DNA of 30,337 nucleotides from an uncultured bacterium (GTDB lineage Bacteria; Chlamydiota; Chlamydiia; Chlamydiales; SM23-39): NCBI GenBank assembly GCA_964400805.1, contig CAYNWC010000001.1, positions 1 to 30,337 of the forward strand, read 5' to 3'. Shown piece by piece: positions 23,782 to 30,337 of this stretch (position 1 is its first letter; each line of letters starts with the position of its first letter). The notes under the pieces were generated by a model. It saw only the letters and a program-made list of their open reading frames with translations, ran no database searches and was not told where the DNA came from. The position numbers and the translations under genes were made by a program.

Positions 23782-25935
23782 ATGAATAACAAATTAAAAG
23801 AAACTATTGACATTCAAGATGCGATGGATAATTTATCTGTCGTGATGAGTATCGATTTAGAAAATCCCCCTCCGCTCGGGATCGTGAAGCGCCATCGGAT
23901 CGTAGCTACGGAAGAGGAGTTTGGGCCTGAGACCGTTCAATGGTTGAGCGGAGAGGGGGCCGAATCCATTTTGGAAATTCTCGACCTGACCTATCGGGCC
24001 ATCCACCAGCATCTCCTCCGTCTCTATGAAAGTGGAGAGATGAATTGGGAGAATGAAAAAGCGCGCAAAGGGATCGCAGCGATGATGGATCTCGTGGGCG
24101 AGTCTCCCAAAAAGATGGAGGCCTTTTTTGCCCTCCGGTTGGGAAAGCCTTTGGCGCAGCGGATCGCCGATCGGGAAGAGTTTAAAGCGTTGCAGCGTTT
24201 TTACAGCGAGCGATTCGCCCAAAAATTTTCTGGGGGAGTCGAAGAAGAAGAAGGGATCGAGAACCCCCAAAAAGGCTTGAAAGATTTTGAGGCGGTGCGC
24301 CGCGATACCGATTATGAGCTCTTTTACATCCGCAATGAGGAGGGGAAATCCTATTTCAGCTCTGAATTGCTCCGCAATGTCAGATTGAGCTGCGACTTTG
24401 ATTTGGAAGGGGACTCATTCGAGGAGGATCCTCTCTTGAAGGTGCGCGCCATGCAAGATCGGGATCTCCACGCGTCGGCCAGTCAAATTTTAGGGGAGTG
24501 CCATTCGATTGTCTCCGATTTTTTTAAGGTGACCTCCAAATGGGAAGGAAATGAACTCGGTCAATCGCTCAGCATGGCGATTGTCGCTCTCTTGATCGCT
24601 GCCAATCCCCGTTATCTTCTGCAAAATACGACCGGTAAAAGCTGCTTGCAATACTTCGACGATTTCCACCGCTTCCTCCGCCGGGCCATGCGCACCTCTG
24701 AATATCAAAAGCTGATCGCCTACCTCCCTGACAAAAGCGACAGAGTTTCCTATTTGCTCCTCGATCTCGTCCATTCTTTGTCGCGCAGCCTCTTTGAGCG
24801 CGTCGGTGGGGTGAAGCTCGAGTCGATTGGCCTCATTCACCGCACCATGCGCCGCGGCGAAGAGATCAAGCAAAAGAGCAAGGAGCACCTCCTCAAAGGA
24901 GAGACCCTTTGGAATCAATTCCTCCTCGACGACGAGAAATACCGCACTCTCCTGGCTCAATTCCCCAATGGGCCTCTCTTTAAGATTCTCGACCTCATTC
25001 GCGAAGAGGAAGAGGAAACCGCAATTCCTTTCGATCCCATTGGTCAGGAAAATCTCCCTTCTCGCCTCTATGAAATCCAGCGCAAAGGGAAGAAGATCGA
25101 TCTCCTTCGCCTTCCCTCTCCGACGCGCCAAGGGCTTATCCATAAAGTGGAAATTATCGACGAATTCCGCGCCTTTTTGCGCTCGCTAAAGCAAGATGCC
25201 GCGCCGCGCAAACATCTCCTCATCAATCTCCAAGATCGCACCTCTTGGAAAGAATATGCCCGCAGCCGCGCCCTCGAAACGCTCCAGCTCAATGCCGAGT
25301 TCAATCAGCAGCTCCTTGTCCTCACCCTCCCCAAGCACACCGACTTCTACTATCAAAATAACGAGTACCTCAACCTCAACCAAGCCGATGCCTTCATCCA
25401 GGCATTCCAACAGCAACTCGCCTCTCCCGAAGAGTGTGGTTTCTTTTTCCCTCCCTCTTTAAAGCCCATCGAGATCACCCGTTTTGCCGAAGACATGCTC
25501 CCTGCCATCCATGAACTCTTTTTCCACAAGAAAAACAGCCTCACGCGGCGCAATCGGGAAGACTTCATCGAGATCTTCTATCAATTTCTTCTTCTCAAGT
25601 GCATCGATCTTCTCGAGCCTCACTCACTCAGCTTTACCTGTAAGGATGCCGTCGACATAGGACCTGCCCAGAACGCCCTCTTCTATGGGTTTCTCCGATT
25701 GCTGACCGGCGACATCGCCCAAAAAGAGGAGCAAGACTTTCTCCGCTGGCTCTTCTACACCCCCGCGCTCTTCATTCGCGAGCGAGCCATCGACTCCGAG
25801 CGCTTCAACCGCGCGCTCTCTGCCTTAGAGCGTATCGATGGGGAGATGGCTGAGCAGGGCAAGCAGATCCTCAAAACGGTGAGCGCCCTCTACCATCCCC
25901 AAACCTTCAAAACCCTCGGCGTTAGACATCTTTAA
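23782..25935 (+). CDS. Conserved chlamydial hypothetical protein (CT837-like)
   Basis: Motifs recalled from C. trachomatis CT837: RRDTDYELFYIRNE, EEDPLLK, YFDDFHRFLR, FPNGPLFK, LRLPSPTRQ, INLQDRTSWKEYARSR. Confidence 0.8.
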   Translation: MNNKLKETIDIQDAMDNLSVVMSIDLENPPPLGIVKRHRIVATEEEFGPETVQWLSGEGAESILEILDLTYRAIHQHLLRLYESGEMNWENEKARKGIAAMMDLVGESPKKMEAFFALRLGKPLAQRIADREEFKALQRFYSERFAQKFSGGVEEEEGIENPQKGLKDFEAVRRDTDYELFYIRNEEGKSYFSSELLRNVRLSCDFDLEGDSFEEDPLLKVRAMQDRDLHASASQILGECHSIVSDFFKVTSKWEGNELGQSLSMAIVALLIAANPRYLLQNTTGKSCLQYFDDFHRFLRRAMRTSEYQKLIAYLPDKSDRVSYLLLDLVHSLSRSLFERVGGVKLESIGLIHRTMRRGEEIKQKSKEHLLKGETLWNQFLLDDEKYRTLLAQFPNGPLFKILDLIREEEEETAIPFDPIGQENLPSRLYEIQRKGKKIDLLRLPSPTRQGLIHKVEIIDEFRAFLRSLKQDAAPRKHLLINLQDRTSWKEYARSRALETLQLNAEFNQQLLVLTLPKHTDFYYQNNEYLNLNQADAFIQAFQQQLASPEECGFFFPPSLKPIEITRFAEDMLPAIHELFFHKKNSLTRRNREDFIEIFYQFLLLKCIDLLEPHSLSFTCKDAVDIGPAQNALFYGFLRLLTGDIAQKEEQDFLRWLFYTPALFIRERAIDSERFNRALSALERIDGEMAEQGKQILKTVSALYHPQTFKTLGVRHL

Positions 25936-26198
25936 ATAGGATGGGCTGTCTGAAGGATGCGCTGTGTGATCTCGGAAGTGTGTTTGATGCAGAGGCCTGC
26001 TCCAGATAGCAGTAAGGCCGAGGTTCCCACGATTGCCGCAGCGAGAGCTGCGATCCATCCAGAAACGGCATAGGCAAGGGCAGAAGCGGCGATCGTCGCA
26101 ACGACGATCGCGATTTGGATCCACCGATCTGATTGGCGCGCTTCTGGCAAATGATGCTCAGGAGAAGAAGGGCTCTGATTGGATGGTATGTAGCTCAT
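25932..26198 (-). CDS. Small Inc-like (inclusion membrane) protein candidate
   Basis: 88 aa; S/P-rich N-terminus; ~45-aa bilobed hydrophobic domain WIQIAIVVATIAASALAYAVSGWIAALAAAIVGTSALLLSGAGLC; AGGAGG RBS. Confidence 0.75.
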   Translation of the reverse strand: MSYIPSNQSPSSPEHHLPEARQSDRWIQIAIVVATIAASALAYAVSGWIAALAAAIVGTSALLLSGAGLCIKHTSEITQRILQTAHPI

Positions 26199-26242
26199 TC
26201 TTTTTCCTCCTTCCTCGGTTGTTAAAATTTTAAGGAGAGGAG

Positions 26243-26271
26243 AGCGTAATGAGGTTTTCTCTTTTTGTCAA
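26243..26271 (-). promoter_or_regulatory. Sigma66-type promoter for the small Inc-like gene
   Basis: Minus strand: TTGACA, 17-nt spacer, TACGCT. Confidence 0.55.
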
Positions 26272-26288
26272 ATCCATTTTTTCATAAC

Positions 26289-26319
26289 TTGAAGCGATTA
26301 GCGCCCCTAATCGCTTCAA
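26289..26319. terminator. Perfect 13-bp hairpin at the mlaD stop (terminator-like, no U tract)
   Basis: TTGAAGCGATTAG-CGCCC-CTAATCGCTTCAA, overlapping the mlaD TGA. Confidence 0.45.
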
Positions 26320-27551
26320 TCCCTAGCCTCCTGAAGAATTCCGCTTTCAGCGATGAGGCTTTCGTTGTAGAGCTTGAGGGAGTCGGTGAGCCCCTGCACG
26401 TGGCGCAGGAGGGCGGCGAAGTCCCGCTTAAAGGCCTCGCTTTGGAGGATGCGACTGCGCTCTTCTGTGCCAGCGCGCTCGAGAAGCTCGCTGAGGCGGC
26501 CGATCGAGGTGGTCATGTTGTCCACTTCCCCTTCAAAATAGTTGCGAAATTCCTGCGGCGTATCGAGCGCTTTGACGAAGTTAGCTTTGCGCGTCCGGCC
26601 CTTTTGCCATTGCTTATTGTATTGGAAGAGGATGCCGTAGTGGTTGATGTCGTTCATGAGGGTTTCCCCCTTGCTCATGACTGAGGCGAGGCGGAGGTAA
26701 AAGTCATCGCTGACGATGAGGCGGCCGAGGGTTCCCGATCCGGAAGCGACGTCGCGGGAGATCTGATGGATGTTGCGGAGGGTGGAGACCCCTTCGTTGT
26801 TGAAGGCGTTGGCGGCAATGTCGAGATTGTCGGCGAGACTGGCGCATTTGTGGAGGAGCTTGTCATCGTCTAGACCGCTCCGGACGAGCTTGAGATTGTC
26901 GCTGAGAAGATCGACCGATTGCCGAATGGCAGGAACGAGCTTTTCGGCATCGACAAGACCTAATACGGCGTCGATTTGACCCATGGCCCCATCAAAGGAC
27001 TGAACGGCATTGGAGAGATACTTCTTATTCTCGTTGAACCAGGTGTCGAGTCGCCCCACGGTCCCTTCGAGGCGGCTGGCCACGCGAGAGACTTGATTGA
27101 AGGCGTTTTCCAGCGCGTCGGTCGAATTGGCCTTAACCACTTGGTGGGAGACCAGCTCGGCGGGCTTGTCGTTGAGAGGAACCTTTGGCAAGATGGCAAT
27201 CGATTTCTCTCCCATGAGGCCGGTGGTTTTAATGGCGATTTCGTCAGAGCTATAGACATCGACGCTCGAATCGACTTTCAGAGTGAGCTGGTAGAGATAG
27301 ATCCGCCCGGCATCGTCCGCTTCTTCGCGTGCGTGGGGCAGTTCTTGGATGTGGACCACCTCGCCTACGGGCTTGCCGGCCAGAGTGACTCGCGTTCCGA
27401 CCGAGATGCCTGTAATATTCGTGAATTGGACGGCGAGTGTTTTTTTCCCATCTCCGATTGTGGGCTTGAGGAACAGGACAAAGGAGATCATGATCGTCAT
27501 GGCTCCCACGACAAAAAGGCCAATGAGAATGTTTTTCATCCGGTCTGTCAT
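26316..27551 (-). CDS. mlaD: MCE/MlaD family lipid transport substrate-binding protein
   Basis: N-terminal TM (IGLFVVG); MCE domain (GISVGTRVTLAGKPVGEV, IKTTGLMGEKSIAI); long helical tail. Confidence 0.9.
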   Translation of the reverse strand: MTDRMKNILIGLFVVGAMTIMISFVLFLKPTIGDGKKTLAVQFTNITGISVGTRVTLAGKPVGEVVHIQELPHAREEADDAGRIYLYQLTLKVDSSVDVYSSDEIAIKTTGLMGEKSIAILPKVPLNDKPAELVSHQVVKANSTDALENAFNQVSRVASRLEGTVGRLDTWFNENKKYLSNAVQSFDGAMGQIDAVLGLVDAEKLVPAIRQSVDLLSDNLKLVRSGLDDDKLLHKCASLADNLDIAANAFNNEGVSTLRNIHQISRDVASGSGTLGRLIVSDDFYLRLASVMSKGETLMNDINHYGILFQYNKQWQKGRTRKANFVKALDTPQEFRNYFEGEVDNMTTSIGRLSELLERAGTEERSRILQSEAFKRDFAALLRHVQGLTDSLKLYNESLIAESGILQEARD

Positions 27552-28306
27552 TGATGTTTCCTCTGGGTAAGATTCTGCTTTAAAAACTTGATGATTGGAT
27601 CGTCGATCTCCATGAACTGCTCCGGTTCAGCGATATAGATAATTTGCCCCTCTTGATGCAGGGCGAGGCGATCGGCGATGAAGAGAGCGGAGTTGATGTC
27701 GTGGGTTACGACAATGCTGGTCCCCTTCAGTTCATCTTGCGTTTTGACGATGAGTTCATTGATCTGCTGCGCCGTGATCGGATCGAGGCCGGTCGTGGGT
27801 TCGTCGTATAAGAGAATGGAGGGGCGGTAGACGATCAAACGGGCCAGGCCGGCGCGTTTGCGCATGCCTCCCGAAAGATCTGACGGCATTTTGTTCTCGA
27901 TCCCTTCGAGGCCCACCATAGCCAGAGCGTCGCGCACTTTTTGTTCGATCACTTCTGGGGGGAATTCTTTCCCCGTCGCCGGATCGCCATGCTGTTGGAG
28001 ATAGAACGCCGTGTTTTCTCCGATGGTCATCGAGTCGAAGAGGGCAGACCCTTGGAAGAGCATGCCCATGTTTCGCACCGCGTGATAGATCTGATTTTTT
28101 TTCAGGTTGGTGATGACGGTGCCGTCGATTTCGATCGCTCCCGCGTCGGGCTTTTCAATGCCGATGATGTGGCGTAAGAGGACGCTCTTTCCCACACCTG
28201 ATCTGCCCAAGATGACCAGAATCTCGCCCCGTCTGACCTCGAGGTTGAGCCCTTTCAGGACATCGATGTTCCCATATTTCTTCCACAGATTGCGGATGTT
28301 AATCAT
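27548..28306 (-). CDS. mlaF: MlaF-type ABC transporter ATP-binding protein
   Basis: Walker A GRSGVGKS, LFQGSALFDSMT, LSGGMRKRAGLAR, YDEPTTGLDP, VVTHD. Confidence 0.93.
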   Translation of the reverse strand: MINIRNLWKKYGNIDVLKGLNLEVRRGEILVILGRSGVGKSVLLRHIIGIEKPDAGAIEIDGTVITNLKKNQIYHAVRNMGMLFQGSALFDSMTIGENTAFYLQQHGDPATGKEFPPEVIEQKVRDALAMVGLEGIENKMPSDLSGGMRKRAGLARLIVYRPSILLYDEPTTGLDPITAQQINELIVKTQDELKGTSIVVTHDINSALFIADRLALHQEGQIIYIAEPEQFMEIDDPIIKFLKQNLTQRKHQ

Positions 28307-29106
28307 GCACCCTTCATCCAGTCGTATTTCATCTCTTGATGGATCAGGTTCAATCCCATCGTCAGGAAGAAGTCGGCAAGTAGGATCAGAATATAGCTAG
28401 TGACGACGCTCTGGGTCGTCGCTCTTCCCACGCCGGCGGCGCCGCCGCTGGTTTTCATGCCCCGGTAGCAGCAGACAGTGACCATCAGTATCCCAAAAAT
28501 AAACGCTTTGATGAAGCCCGTTGCGACGTCAAATAGAGTGATGTGCACAGGCATTGGGTTAAAATAGGTCGCAGAGGGCAAATGGAACAGCTGAACAGCG
28601 ATCAAATACCCCCCAAAAATGCCCATCATCGTACTAAAGAGGGTCAAAAGGGGAATCATAAAAATGCCGGCGATGAAACGGGGCGCCACCAAATAGGCGT
28701 AAGGGTTAATGGCCATCGACCTCAGGGCGTCGATCTGTTCAGTCACCTTCACCTTGCCCAATTCGGCGCACATCGAAGAGACGACGCGGCCCGTCACCAT
28801 GAATGCGGTCAGGATCGGCCCCAGTTCGGTGATCATCGCCTTGCCCACCAGCACGCCCGTGACACCCGCCATCCCCTTCTCTCCCAATTGATAGAACGAT
28901 TGGGCGGCCAGCACAAAGCCCGTCGTGAAGCCTGTAATGGCCACGACAGAGAGTGACATCACGCCGATGTGGTACAGCTGTTCGCGGATGAGGCTCCAAG
29001 GGGGAGGCTTTTTCAGGGCAGCGCCGCACACATCGACGACCATGGAGACATAGTCGCCGATCACTTCTAAAAAGCGCGCTGAATGTTTTCTTACGAGGAC
29101 AATCAT
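28303..29106 (-). CDS. mlaE: MlaE family ABC transporter permease
   Basis: ELGPILTAFMVTGR, AELG…TEQIDAL..MAINP..YLVAPR, GAAGVGRATT..VV. Confidence 0.93.
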   Translation of the reverse strand: MIVLVRKHSARFLEVIGDYVSMVVDVCGAALKKPPPWSLIREQLYHIGVMSLSVVAITGFTTGFVLAAQSFYQLGEKGMAGVTGVLVGKAMITELGPILTAFMVTGRVVSSMCAELGKVKVTEQIDALRSMAINPYAYLVAPRFIAGIFMIPLLTLFSTMMGIFGGYLIAVQLFHLPSATYFNPMPVHITLFDVATGFIKAFIFGILMVTVCCYRGMKTSGGAAGVGRATTQSVVTSYILILLADFFLTMGLNLIHQEMKYDWMKGA

Positions 29107-29170
29107 AAACTAACTCCCAGGACCAAATGCCCATTCTAGAAAATGGGAGCATTCCGGTCAAAGGAAGCTT

Positions 29171-29716
29171 TTAGTTCGATTGGGCGGCTCGTTTGAGCGC
29201 CTCAAATACGCGATCCAACAGGTTGATGAACTCTTGCTTGCTCGAGTCGGCAGAACTGCTCTTGTTCATCATCGCATTGAGTTCGCTGTAGGAGAGTTGT
29301 CCGACGGTGTCGAATTGTCTCTGCCTTCCCTGCGTCTCGCTATTGAACATGTTGGCCAAGTTAGAGCAGCCCTCTTTCGAGAAATAAAAGGCGAGCTCCT
29401 GATCCGGTTTTGGAAGGAACAGACCGCCGGCCATCAGACCCACCGCGAGCAATGTGAAGTTGAATCCCCGATTCCCCACTTCTCTTTGCAATGTCGCCCA
29501 TTCCCGATTCGACAGTTTATAGGTGGCTTTTTGTTCGTCTTTATTCACTCTTTCTTTCTCTGCAATGCGAGTGAATTGGGCGAGAATCTTGCCGATGACC
29601 TGTTGCACGCGGATCATATAGTTCGGCGCATCGGGATTTTCTTTCAGCTCCTGAATCTCCTGTTCGATCAGAGGATAGGTGTCTACCTGTCTTGAATGAA
29701 TTGCTATGTCTGCCAT
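29171..29716 (-). CDS. Hypothetical helical protein with one hydrophobic segment, T3SS translocator (SctB/CopD)-like candidate
   Basis: 181 aa; coiled-coil-like regions flank FNFTLLAVGLMAGGLFLP; directly downstream of a two-TM helical protein; AGGAG RBS. Confidence 0.5.
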   Translation of the reverse strand: MADIAIHSRQVDTYPLIEQEIQELKENPDAPNYMIRVQQVIGKILAQFTRIAEKERVNKDEQKATYKLSNREWATLQREVGNRGFNFTLLAVGLMAGGLFLPKPDQELAFYFSKEGCSNLANMFNSETQGRQRQFDTVGQLSYSELNAMMNKSSSADSSKQEFINLLDRVFEALKRAAQSN

Positions 29717-29728
29717 GGAATCCTCCTT

Positions 29729-30337
29729 TTAATCTATCTGTACTCGTGAAGCCTGGATGGCTTGTCTCATTGCGTCGGTCTCTGTTTGACCTTCTTGAAC
29801 CATTTTGCTCACTGCAGCGGTTTCAGCCGACATTGTGTGGTAGTCCAGTGTCGATGCGGTATCGATCTCTTTCATGTCCGCTTGTAAGTGAGCGATTTTC
29901 TTGTTGTAATATTCAGCTCCTGCCTTCGATCCGATCGACATCACGCCGGCAGCACCGCTGATGATCGTAGCGGCTTTTTCCTTAACAAGGAGGCCGTTGA
30001 TCTGTGCAGCGGCCAGGGCTCCTGTCTGCCAGGCCATGACTCCGCCTGCCAGGCCAAGACCCATCTGCAAGAAGAAAGCGCCCATTTCAATCTTGTTCGT
30101 GATCGCCTTTTGCAGTTCGACCGATTTGGTCCACCAGGCGACGGCGGCTTGAAGGAAGTGGGTGTCGTGGATGACCCGATTTCCAATTCCCACAACGCCG
30201 GCTCCGATGAGCAATACGGCAGAGGCTCCACCCGTAGCCGAGCCTAAAACGATGAGGCCCAATCCAGAAAGATACTGGGCGACAATCGAAAGGGTGCTCC
30301 ACGTCGCGCGCGATTTGGCTGCTTCCACTAGATCGGA
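29729..30337 (-). CDS. Partial (5' beyond the window) protein with two Gly/Ala-rich hydrophobic segments, T3SS translocator (SctE/CopB)-like candidate
   Basis: Frame is open to the window edge; WSTLSIVAQYLSGLGLIVLGSATGGASAVLLIGAG and FFLQMGLGLAGGVMAW, followed by a coiled coil. Confidence 0.55.
   Translation of the reverse strand, partial: SDLVEAAKSRATWSTLSIVAQYLSGLGLIVLGSATGGASAVLLIGAGVVGIGNRVIHDTHFLQAAVAWWTKSVELQKAITNKIEMGAFFLQMGLGLAGGVMAWQTGALAAAQINGLLVKEKAATIISGAAGVMSIGSKAGAEYYNKKIAHLQADMKEIDTASTLDYHTMSAETAAVSKMVQEGQTETDAMRQAIQASRVQID

Noticed and set aside
29121-29159. Imperfect hairpin upstream of mlaE
   Set aside because: Bulged stem with no U tract; too weak to call a terminator.
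1-30337. CRISPR array, integrase, transposase, prophage or rRNA
   Set aside because: No regularly spaced repeat-spacer array and no recombinase, transposase, phage structural or rRNA signatures were seen.

Overview
This looks like chromosomal DNA from an environmental chlamydia (phylum Chlamydiota; a Rhabdochlamydia/Simkania-like lineage is my inference). The assignment rests on a chlamydial-type rpmI-rplT-pheS operon with no adjacent pheT, a CT837-like protein, Cys-rich MOMP-like porin paralogs, Inc-like bilobed membrane proteins and translocator-like genes. Housekeeping content: rpmI (partial), rplT, pheS, tRNA-Ser(TGA), PiT transporter, cyclophilin, YihY, ManA, ROK kinase, OppA, MFS transporter and mlaEFD. 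I found no integrase, transposase, CRISPR array or rRNA. Most notable: (1) an Inc-like protein with a degenerate RING finger; (2) a tandem pair of exported kinase-fold proteins, the second broken by one in-frame TGA; (3) a palindromic 138-bp element between tRNA-Ser and a 16-bp copy of its 3' end; (4) an unannotated 49-aa basic protein next to repeats, an IHF-consensus site and a degenerate copy of its own 3' end; (5) an MGDG-synthase-like glycosyltransferase with Leu in place of the GGGH His; (6) an intergenic hairpin with a perfect 22-bp inverted repeat; (7) four tandem paralog pairs of envelope proteins. All family calls are by-eye motif recognition. No database search was run.
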